A stretch of DNA of 64,000 bases from Isurus oxyrinchus (Eukaryota), in NCBI GenBank assembly GCA_026770705.1, contig JANJGN010000023.1:31434001-31498000 (forward strand), read 5' to 3'. Under the pieces are notes generated by a model that was not told the DNA's origin, did not search any database, and saw nothing but the letters and a program-made list of their open reading frames with translations. The translations under genes were made by a program, and so were the position numbers. Positions 1 through 10,130 of this stretch are shown in pieces. The stretch's first letter is position 1, and every line of letters begins with the position of its first letter.

Positions 1-5
1 TAACT

Positions 6-452
6 ATGACACCGTTTTTTGCAGGACCCAATTATGCCAAGCAATTTAAGTTGGCCATTGACGCAAGTGGTAAGCCTCAAGTCTGTCTGCAAGGGCCCAG
101 AGCTGAAAGAAACTCATTTTGAATGTGACTGTCCAGAGTGTGCTTTACTAGAGGTCTGTTAAATCTGAGTTTTACTATTGCCTTAACGAAGGTGTAACTG
201 AGAATCAGATTAATTATAGGGATTTTGTAGTTATTATAGTAGTAATTTTGTAGACATGTGTTTACAATCTTTTTTAATAAATGTTTAATTTAATTTTATA
301 AAAACCTCTTGAAACTCAGTGGTCTTATTATTACTGACTTCAAAGCCTGCATCTTGAAACGTACAAATTTCAAAAATGGATTATGACAGTTGTTTCAAGT
401 TTCCCTCTGTAATTTAAACAACTCAGCCTTTACCATCGGCTGTGTCATAATA
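6..452 (+). mobile_element. Gypsy fragment: RT/RNase H junction remnant joined to the 3' part of an LTR
   Basis: 6-74 translates MTPFFAGPNYAKQFKLAIDASGK, which resembles the Gypsy 'PVL..PD..KPF.L..DAS' motif. About 160-452 aligns by eye with 1090-1402 and ends TGTGTCATAATA. Confidence 0.6.
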
Positions 453-511
453 TAAGAAAATGAAGCTGTCTTTTTAAATTATGATGGTTCACTTTTCAAT
501 AAGGAGGGGAG

Positions 512-1402
512 TGTCATGAAAATATAATTTTCATATTGTTTTGGGATTTATTGTAAAGTAAGAGTAGTGGGGTCTAGATGATCTGTGTGGGATTTAATTG
601 AATTAAAGACAGCAGGTCTGAGTGCTTTGATGTATCAGAAGAGAAGCTAGGTTTGAAATGCTAAATAAGTAAACGTGGCTGAAGTTTTATAATGTGAGGT
701 GTGAAGAATATTTGCATTTTTAGATAAACCAGAGTCATGAATTTTAAAGGAGAGGGTGAAATGTTACACTTAGCCAGAAGAAGCCAAACAGTGTGTTTAT
801 TTTTCCCAAAGCTTACTGATAAAAAATCTTTCATAGCTTTCTAATAATGAAATTGGTACTAAGACACATTGGGACAATGGGATTTACATTTAAAAAAATG
901 GAGAAACATGTACAAAGAGGGAGAAACATGTACAAAAGAGAGAGGAGGTTATGTTTAAGGAGAAGGCATTCTAAGTCCTAACACCTGTGAAAAGCCTCCA
1001 GCTTCCAAGCTGCTGCCTATAGGAACCAAAACTAACAGAATTCATTGTGAATATCCCTATCCAGGGTATCATGGACTTCACCTGGGCTAGTTAAAATCTG
1101 TTTTGCTTTTACTGTTGCCTTAATGGGGGTGCAGCTGGGAATCAGATTAATTAGGGGAGTTTGGAGTTATCATAGTAGTAATTTGTAGACTTATGCATGT
1201 GCTTAAAATTATTTATTTTATTAATAAATGTTTAATATAGTTTTGTAAAAAATACCCCTCAGACTTAGTGGATCTATTACTACTGAATTTAAGGCATGCA
1301 TCTCGAAATAAGAATACAAATTGTAAAACAGTTGTGGCAGTTGTTTCGAGTTTCCCTCTGGGATTTGAGCAGCTTACATTTACCATCTGCTGTGTCAAAA
1401 CA
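512..1402 (+). mobile_element. Solo LTR, Gypsy-type
   Basis: Starts TGTCATGA and ends TCAAAACA (TG..CA, imperfect terminal inverted repeat). AATAAA near 1223. The 3' third is homologous to 160-452. No clear TSD. Confidence 0.6.
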
Positions 1403-1404
1403 CA

Positions 1405-2100
1405 GGGTTAAATTTTCATTGACTGAGGAGGTAGGTGAGGCCACAATTTCATGTCCCCGAGCAGCATGATGGCTTTCTAATACGGTACTGCTTCCCAGCA
1501 ATTTTGGTCTACCAGCTGCTCACCCAATTGTGGCAACTAGTCAATTAAGCTGCTTGAGAGCATAATTAGGGGTACTCTGCCAACCCAGACCAAATTTTCA
1601 ATCCTGCAACATCCATTGGCCGTCCAAGAAACCTTGGCGGCCTCCCCCTGGCAGGATGGGTAGACACTGGAGCCAGAAGCTGCAATCAATATGGAAGAGC
1701 TGCTTTGAAAATTGCTGCAATCACTGCATTGCCCATTACTGTGGGCGGTTTCCCTCACATGCCCAATGGTCCTAACCCTCATTTACCTGATTTTTGGCTG
1801 GCATCCAGGAAGGCAGGTGCCCTCACTGCCGCCCCACCCCCATCCCACTCTCCTTACATACTCCAGCAATGTCCACCTCTGACGACGGACTTTCCAATCT
1901 GTTAGTGCTGTACAACTGCCTATTGGCCCTCCTGATTCAGGAGGCCGCCCACCATCCTTGATTGGATGACGCTCCCAGAGGGGGGGGGGTCACTTATCAC
2001 CCGCCGCCTTCAAAATCACCTCTGTCCCATTGCCAGCATTTGTGGGTTCCTAAGCCACATTTCTTCCCGATGGTGGAACTGGGAATGAAAATTCATGCTC
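1405..2100. mobile_element. Non-autonomous DNA transposon (Harbinger-like MITE), degenerate
   Basis: Terminal inverted repeats GGGTTAAATTTTCATT ... AATGAAAATTCATGC; GC-rich non-coding interior. Confidence 0.5.
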
Positions 2101-2927
2101 CCCTTTACTGTTTTAGCCATTAACTTAGTCCACTGGAGATAATGGTGTAATGGTGACAGCTTTCCCCTTTCCTTTTCCTAGTACACCAAGAAGATTGCCT
2201 TCTTCAGTCGGTTAGTTTAAAAACTAGAGAAACTTTCCGTTTATGTCTGATATCACGGAGAAACTACAGCCACTGAGTGCTCACAGAAACTGCACTTTTC
2301 AAATCAGTGAGCATTCGCTGCTAAAAGGACAGGCGTATATTTGCAGTACAAAAATAGCACTGAACTTTTGAAAATTGAAGCCTTTAGTTTGCGATGACAT
2401 TTGCATGTCTGCACCATTCCTTATCATTATCTTTTGACTGCTTCCTGATTTTGCTGCCTTTCTCACAACACTTTTCAGGGAAATTTCTGTCAGACTGCTC
2501 AAATAGTAAACATGTGTGCTGTTGTGTTTGTGAAGTTACTTCAAGAGATCTCTGTTCTCATTCCAGCAAGACAAGATGAGAATTGTGCTGTTGCTTACAG
2601 AGCAGAACGGAAAATACCTTTTTCTTTCAACATCAATTATTCAAACGACTATCTCCCTGTTGCCTTGGAGAGCAGCTTCCTGTTACTTTAAAGCAGAGCA
2701 GTCTGCTGTAAATACATTCTGTTTACTTTGAGGTTCATACTTCAAGTTTAGACTGACTGATGTAGATTTGAAACAGCAATGCAGACAGAATAGCTAACAA
2801 TGTACTAGGGAATTACAAGTCTGATTTCTCAGTTTAAAATGGCATCTGTCATTTAAATCTTTTTTTGGCATTGCCATTCCCTATCTCTGCAACCTCATCC
2901 AGCCTTAGTCACTCTGAGCTCTGCATT

Positions 2928-3063
2928 CATAGGGCCGTAGAACTTTTATGCACAGGAAGAGGTCACTGGCCCATTGTGCCTGCGCCTGCCAAAAACGAGC
3001 TACCCGGCCTAATCCCACTTTCCAGCGCTTGGCCCTGCAGGTTAGGGCACTCGAGGTGCCTAT
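2928..3063 (-). mobile_element. CR1 LINE 3' tail, split by the Gypsy insertion (continues at 9304-9380)
   Basis: Reverse complement of the CR1 3' UTR seen at 3600-3745. The sequence resumes after 9303 (atatccagtcaccttttaaatgagttgag). Confidence 0.7.
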
Positions 3064-3298
3064 TGTTACAACCGGTCCCCAGGCGAGGTCCCCCAATTTT
3101 GTTATGCTCCAGGGTGAGGAGGAATGAACTGGCTCCCCCATTTTATTCAACACCCTTGGTAGGTCGCACAAGGTTAATTTAAAAGGAATCCCTTCCCTCA
3201 TGAATGCCTTTTCCCAGTCCAAAGGTATTTCTTTAAAAACACACACACATAACTTCCTTAAAAATCAAGATGCCCTTAAGTATTTTGTGGCTGTAGTA

Positions 3299-3756
3299 TG
3301 CTATGAGAAAAGATTGGATAGGCTAGGGTTGTTTTCCTTAGAACAGAGGAGGCTTAGGGGTGACCTAATTGAGGTGCACAAAATTATGAGGCGCCTAGAT
3401 GGGGTAGACAGGAAAGACTTGTTTCCCCCAGATAAGGGTCCGTTACCAGGGGGCATAGATTTAAGATGATTGGTAGAAGGATTAGAGGGGACATGAGGAA
3501 AAACTTTCACCCAGAGGGTGGTGGGCATCTGGAATTTACTGCCTAAGTTGGTGGTTGAGGCTGAAACACTCAACTCATTTAAAAAGCTACCTGGATCTCC
3601 ATCTGAAGTGCCGTAACCTGTAAGGCTACGGACCAGCGCTGGAAAGTGGGATTAAAATAAACGGCTAGTTTCTTTTTCATCTTTTTCCAGCCAGCACAGG
3701 CATGATGGGCTGAATGGCCACTTTCTGCACCGTAACTTTTCTATGGTCATTTGGTT
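3299..3756 (+). mobile_element. CR1 LINE 3' end, inserted in the Gypsy 3' LTR
   Basis: YEKRLDRLGLFSLEQRRLRGDLIEVHKIM is the CR1 ORF2 C-terminus, followed by the 3' UTR. Closely similar to 48459-48915. Confidence 0.9.
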
Positions 3757-3833
3757 CTGCTTTTCAGGGTACTTCCCCTGCACCATGAATGAAATAAGAT
3801 TCATTCTCATTTCATTAAAAGGAAAAGAAAAAT

Positions 3834-4335
3834 AGGCCTGAATTTATCCCTCGTCATGCATGTGTAATCAGCAGGCCCGGGAGTGGTCAGGAAATGGGCC
3901 TAAGATGCGCTCAGCACCAGACTGCAATTTCATGCTGGTTGGCCAATTAATGGCCAATAATAAATGCATGCTGAAAAGCTCAGCGCTGCTGGGGTGGGGG
4001 TGGGAAGAGAGTGGGCGACGACATCACAGTGGACGCGGGTGAGCGCTTTGAGAGACCTTCCTGAATGCAGACAAATGCCTCAGGGAGCTGCAGACATGCA
4101 AATAAAATAAAGCATAAAAAAGTTGAAAAAAATTGTCCACACGGAACGATCAAGGACCTGAAAGCATACCTCAAAAACGCTGTCCCCAGATATTTCTTTT
4201 TATTTTATAATAGACGTTTCATCCTGCCCTTGGATGAGGTTCCATGAAAAATGTAAAGGCCACCTGGACGATTGTCCTTCCCCAAACCGTAGGCTTGGAC
4301 AGGCCATGAAAAATCGCATTCAGTTGTGCCATTTG
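3834..4335. mobile_element. Harbinger-like MITE, truncated copy
   Basis: Begins AGGCCTGAATTT. Contains the family palindrome ttcatcc..ggatgag and is homologous to 50809-51659. Confidence 0.7.
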
Positions 4336-6780
4336 TAGATAAAAAAACAAACACATACACATTTATTCTCCTAGCCTTGGCCAATATCCTTTCTTCAGTT
4401 CTAACCAGGTCTCTAAGATCTGGACAGAGCATCTGCAGTCACTTTTGATTTCCTGGTGGTACAGTTGCAGAAACAAACTCCAATGGAATAACCTGGCATT
4501 CTGTGTCTTAAACCTTTCCACAAAGGTTAAAAGGGTTGTGGTCAGTATAGACTGTTGTCTCTCTGCATCCATTTCGAACATGTATCGCAAAGTGTTTGAG
4601 AACCAATGATAAACTAAGGATTTCCTTCTCTACTGTGGAGTACTGTTTCTGATACTTGCTTAGTCTTTTGGAGAAGTACCTGATTGGTCTCTCCATCCCT
4701 GATTAGTCTTCCTGGAGGAAAGTCCCTTCCTTGATCTTACTTGTATTGGTGGCTACTACAAATGCTTGGTTAAGGTCCGGAACTGCAGGCACAGGCTCAC
4801 CTATTAAAATGGCTTTCAGTCTTACGGAAGCTGCTTGGCATTTCCCAGTCTATACTACTTTTGCTTTTTTCTGTAGTAGGTCTGCCAGCGGGACAGCTAC
4901 GCTGCTGATGTTTGGGACAAACTTGTGGTAGAACCCACACATCCCCAAGAACCTCATGATTTCCTATTTTGTTGTCGGAATGGGGAATGGTGCTACGGCT
5001 TGTACTTTTGCATTCCTGGGCAGTACTTGTCCTTGACCCACTACCTGTCCTAGATAGGTTAGCTGAGCCTTCGCAAACTTGCTGTGAGTTTTGCAGGTGT
5101 CGTTGAACACTGGGTGGGGGGGGGGGGGGGGGGGGGGGGGTTGGTGGTGGTGGGGTGTCACCTAGTACACTAGGCAATTGGATAAACCTGCCACTACCTG
5201 GTTCATTGGATTTTGAAAGATGGCTGGGGCATTTCGGAGTCCAAATAGCATAACTTGACACTAGTATAACCCATCTGGAGATTTCCTTTGTGCAGGCAGT
5301 CAAGGGAACCTGCCAGCATCCCTTGAGTAAATCTATCTTTGTAATGTAGGAGGCTTTACCTATCCTATCTACGCAGTCTTCCAGGTGGGGTATTGGGTAG
5401 GATTCGGCTTGAATTTTTTTGGTAGTCAATGTAGAATCTTGTGGAGCTGTCTGGCTTAGGCATGAGCACAACTGGGGAGCTCCAGCTACTGCTGCTGAGC
5501 TCTATTTAGTTGGTGCTCCAGCTTGTAGTTGACATCCTTCCAAACCTGGGCCTGCTTTTCTGGGCCTAGATGATAGGGATGTGTCCTTATGGGAGGGGTC
5601 TCTCCTTCATCCAGGTCATGCAGATCTAGTGTGGTGCAGCCTGGCTTGTCCTTGCATTAGCCTTTAATTGCAGTGAGCGGCCTCGTCAAGTCTTCTTGCT
5701 GTTCTGCACTTAGGTGGGTGAGTAAGGAGTATAGTTTGCTAGCATCTCTGTGTTGGTTAGCTGGGTGGTAGGGGGTGCAATGCGGGCATCACCCATGTAT
5801 CCCTCCAATTCATCCGCACTGCTGCCCTCACCCTCTAGGTCAGTGGCAATGGGACTACCTGCTAGTCCCCTTCTTGGCTGTGACATTGCTTTATCATGTT
5901 AACGTGACATGGCCTTTGCTTGTTGCCCTGATCTGGGGCCTCAATTAGATAGTTTACTTCCGAGTTTCTTTGCTACTTTGTATGGGCCACCGAACCGGGC
6001 TTGTTCGGGCCCTGGCATGTTTGTCTGCCAGTTTCTTCATAGCTGTCTGGGAGATTTTTAAGTGCTCTCAGGCCACAACACAGGCTCTTGAGTCATTCCC
6101 AGAACACTGTTGAGTAGTCTAACATAGAACAGAAGGAGGAAGTCTCCAAAAACCTCTCTCTGATTAGTTTCATAGGCCCTCACACTTGGTGCCCTTAAAC
6201 TAATTCAAATGGAGTAAAACCAGGGGACTCAGAGTCCCACGTAGTGAACAGAAAAAAGTCTAGACTATTCCTTTATCCCAGTCATGGCGTACTCATGGTA
6301 GTATGCCCTGATCATTGTTTTTAGGGTCTAGTGATACCGTTCTAGCGCCCACTGCAACTGCAGGTGATATGCTGAAGATCTCAGCTGCATCACGTCCAGG
6401 TTACCCATGACTTTCTGGAATATTTTGGACATGAAATTTGAGCCCTGATCCAACTGGATCTTGGTGGGCAGCCCATACCTGATAAAGAATTGGATTAATT
6501 CCCTCACCGCCGTTTTGACAAATATGGTTCTCAGGGGGAACAGCCTCTGGGAAGTAGGTAACCATGGCCATGATGGTAAGGATATACTGGTAGCCCCCTT
6601 TTGTTTTGGGCAGGGGTCCCCACACAGTTCACAAACACCTTGCTGAATGATTCCCCTGCTGGCTTTTGGGGAACCAAAGGTGAAGGTTTTATTGCAGGCT
6701 GGGGTTTTACCACAACCTGGCAGGTATGGCAGGTTCTGGAAAACATGACTACATCCCTGTGGAGGTGTAGCTGATAAGGC

Positions 6781-7570
6781 ATGCACTCCCTCTATAGCAA
6801 GAACATCCTTCCTCAGATTAGGAGACCAAAACTGTACACAACATTCCAAATATGGTCTCACCAAGGTCCTGTTTAATTGCAGCAAGCCATCCCTGCTCCT
6901 GTACTCAAATCCTCTTGCTATGAAGGCCAACATACCATTTGCCTTCTTTACTGCCTGCTGCATCTGCATGCTTACCTTCAATGACTGGTGTACGAGGACA
7001 CCCAGGCCTTGTTGCACATTCCCCTCTCTCGATTTATAGCCATTCAGATAATAATCTGCCTTCCTGTTTTTGCTACCAAGGTGGATAACTTCAGATTTAT
7101 CCACATTATACTACATCTGCCATGCATTTGTCCACTCACTCAGCTTGTCCAAATCACACTGAAGCATTTCTGCATCTTCCTCACAGCTCACCCTCCCACC
7201 CAGCTTTGTGTGCAAATTTGGAGGTATTACATTTAGCTCCCTCACTTAAATCATTAATATACACTGTGAATAGCTGGGGTCCCAGCATCGATCCGGGCTT
7301 GGCCTAAATAGCCAAGTGGTTATGGTACTGGGTTTGTAACCCCAAGATCAAGAGTTCAAATCTCACAATGGCAAACTATGAAACAATGTAACTTCATCTG
7401 AAACAGATGGAAACGGGTTTGTACTTGAAAGAGTTACAAACATACACAGGCTTGGCCTAAATAGCCAAGTGGTTATGGTACTGGACTTGCAACCCCAGCA
7501 TCGATCCCTACAGTACCACACTAATCACTGCCCACCAGTTGGAAAAAGACTGGTTTATTCCTACTGTTTC
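6781..7570 (-). mobile_element. CR1 LINE RT fragment inserted in the Gypsy integrase zinc-finger region
   Basis: AVKKANGMLAFIARGFEYRSRD..LVRPYLECCVQFWSP. It separates the H and C-C halves of the integrase HHCC motif. Confidence 0.88.
7295..7493 (+). mobile_element. tRNA-Thr-derived short element (about 1.3 tandem units) with a 14-bp TSD
   Basis: A box TAGCCAAGTGG, TGT anticodon-like loop, B box GAGTTCAAATC. Flanked by CCCAGCATCGATCC at 7281-7294 and 7494-7507. The head restarts at ~7449. Confidence 0.8.
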
Positions 7571-9584
7571 CTGCCCAGCTGTCGGAATTCTGTGAGCTAG
7601 CTGTAATACTTCCTTGTGGTACTTTGGCGGCACCACTACCTGGTGGATTACTATCCACTCCTTTGCAGGTCAGTGAAGGGTCTCTATTTCCTCCCTGGCA
7701 TGTCATTTTTAATGTAGTAGCATTCAGGGACTGCTTCTGCGTCAGTTTCAGTGTAGGCAGCCTGCACTAGCATTTTTAACAGTGGGCCAGCTTGCTGGGC
7801 TGCTACCAAGGAAGATCTATTTATTACCTCCTTAGAGTCTTCTAGACTCCTGGAAAAGGTTTCAGATAACCAGGCCCTATGGCCTTCTGTCTGCAGTGCC
7901 ACTTCAGCTTCCACTGACAGAGCTTTTCTGGCCATAGATTGCGTTACCACACAGTCAGGGAAAACGCCAGGCACTTTCTCCTGCAACTGTTCTGTCTCCA
8001 TGACCTCAGTCGACATCTGAGACAACTGGGGATGCTATTACCTTTGATCCTGCCAGGTTATTGCCAAGGAGTAGGTTGACCCCGTCCACGGGCAAACTGG
8101 GACTACTCCTATGGTCACTGGTCCCAACACAAGGTCGCACTCCAGATGCAAAGGGATGTGTATGTACCGTCCTTCAGTCCCCTTTACCAACACCTTGGCA
8201 CTACACCCTCTAGTGGAAAGGTCATGCCTTTTCCCAGCAGTAAAGTTTGGCTGGTGCCTGTATCCCTCAGAATCACTATAGGCTTAGTCGCCTCACCCGA
8301 GGGAAATGAGTTTTTCCTGAAATCTTACTCTGCAGTAATAGGGACCAATATTGGACTGGCCACTTCAACCGTTGTGTTAACCATTCGAATAAGATGAAGG
8401 AGGCTTCCACCTCTGCTTCAAATTTAGGGATTGAATGAGCAAACCAGATTGCCTCAGTCCTTAAGTGAGAGCTAATGGTGTCTTCAAGGGACACAGTAGG
8501 ATTCCTGTCCTTCAGCTCAAGCTGTTTTAGTTTAAACTCCCTTTCCCTCTGTCTTGAAATTCTCTCTTCTCCCTGTGCCCTTTCCTGTCTTTCCCCTTCC
8601 CTGAAACTCTAAGTTCTGCCGCTCCAATTTTAATCTCTCTACCGCTACTCTATCCGTTTCATTGTCCTCAATTTCCACCTGTAGACTGTTGGCCACAGTT
8701 TTCTGGATTGAGTGGTTCTGGCAGTTTTGCAGTGGATTTGGAGACACTTGGTTCTGCAGGGCAACTTCAGGGGTGACTAGTTGGTCTTCTTCTTGCTGTC
8801 ACATACACAGCACACTAGTACACACTGCACTGCCCTGCAGCTAGCTTTTTTATCAGTTTTCCCTTGTGTATTTCTATAAGGAAGGGAAAAAAAAGCATGT
8901 ATTGCACCCAGAGTCTATTTTCTTTGACCTCTGACCAACTTGTACATTGAGATATGAATCTACAGGAGATGGATTTTAGATGACTGCAGAAATGCAGTAA
9001 CCAGTCTTTTGTCTCCGCAACCACAGGAGATTAAAGTTCAGTCTTTTGCATCTTTCCTAGCTCCGTTCCAAGTGTCTCTGCTTGAAGAAGGCCATGACAG
9101 CTTTTCAGGTGTGACATTCCATGTTCCCAAAGGACAGGTCTGTCAGTATAGTTCTCATAGCAAAAGATGGCTGTTAATGTAAAGACCACTTTCTGGAAAA
9201 ATTCCTAAGTGTCTTTGATTGTATTTCTTTAAAAACATACACATCTTTGCAAAGTTCAATATGCCCATAAGTAATTTGTGGCTGTAATCAGCTTTTCATG
9301 ACAATATCCAGTCACCTTTTAAATGAGTTGAGGGTTTCTGCCTCTACTACCCTTTCAGGCATTGAGTTCCAGACCCCCAGAATTCTTCTACCTTACAGCA
9401 AAAAAAAAAGCTATTTAGCTCAGTTGGCCTGCATTGGTGTTTATGCTCCATAGGGACCTTCTCCCACCTTCCTTCCTCCAACCCTACCTGCATACCCTCT
9501 GTTCCTTTCTTCCTCGTGTACTTACCTAGCTTCCCTTTACATCTATCTATCCCATTTGCTGCAACCCATCCATATAATAGTAAT

Positions 9585-9914
9585 AAAAAACAAATAAACT
9601 GCGGATGCTGGAAATCCAAAACAAAATTACCTGGAAAAACTCAGCAGGTCTGGCAGCATCGGTGAAGACGAAAAGAGTTGATGTTTTGACCCTTCGACGG
9701 AACTTGCGTTCGAGTCTAAGAAAGCGTTGCAATATAAGCTGGTTGAAGGTGTGTGGGGTACGCACACGCACACCTTAAACCAGCTTATATTGCAACTCTT
9801 TCTTGGACTCACTCAAGTTCTGTTGAAGGGTCATGAGGACTTGAAACGTCAACTCTTTTCTTCTCCGCCGATGCTGCCAGACCTGCTGAGTCTTTCCAGG
9901 TAATTCTGTTTTTG
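9585..9914. mobile_element. Penelope-like element termini as an inverted pair, with minimal hammerhead folds
   Basis: Arms ~9621-9753 and ~9769-9912 are reverse complements. 14-bp TSD CATATAATAGTAAT at 9571-9584 and 9915-9928. Confidence 0.75.
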
Positions 9915-9931
9915 CATATAATAGTAATTTC

Positions 9932-10130
9932 TGTTACTCATAATAAGAGGTTGTGGTGGAAGAATTAATTCAGGCTGGTCTCTTGGTTAAAACTGCTTTA
10001 TTTCTTCAGTGTTACTAACTTCCACACAAGTGTTCCAGCTGTACCTTTTTATTCTATTTAAATAGATAATTAATGCCCATCACCTGTTTAACTAACAATT
10101 GGTTTTAACAAGATGATTGCCGTATTAACA
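9932..10130 (-). repeat. Copia 3' LTR (polypurine tract adjacent at 10131-10150)
   Basis: TGTTACTCA...TATTAACA, a direct repeat of 14833-15055. The adjacent gattcccctcttttc is the PPT on the minus strand. Confidence 0.92.

Larger units (their letters stand above)
3064..9303 (-). mobile_element. Degenerate Gmr1-like Gypsy LTR retrotransposon (gag-PR-INT-RT-RNase H), with nested insertions
   Basis: TG..CA ends with CTAT/ATAT flanks. 3225-3296 is homologous to 9221-9287. Minus-strand domains: gag (QRLKWP..WSLLLQ, ~8350), protease (ILRDTG ~8265; LLLGNNLAG ~8060), integrase (VVPPKYHKEVLQLAH ~7600; RTCHTCQ; DQGSNFMS; LERYH 6330-6780), RT (YPIPHLEDCVDRIG; KIDLLKGCWQVP ~5300-5400) and RNase H (YSTVEKE; VYTDHNP; ADALSR 4415-4700). 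PPT-like cttcccct at 3772. Multiple stops and frameshifts. Confidence 0.85.

Noticed and set aside
2163-2280. Acceptor-like polypyrimidine tract as the last exon of a convergent neighbour such as SPOP
   Set aside because: None of the three frames resembles the SPOP C-terminus or any protein I recognise.
4964-5161. Polyproline ORF
   Set aside because: Translation of a poly-G/GGT tract lying in the degenerate Gypsy RT.
6328-7104. 258-aa RT-integrase fusion protein
   Set aside because: Chance read-through across a CR1 insertion junction into a frameshifted Gypsy integrase.
7300-7372. Functional tRNA-Thr(TGT) gene
   Set aside because: The acceptor stem cannot pair properly, there is no oligo-T terminator, and it is always fused to the same 3' body and flanked by TSDs.
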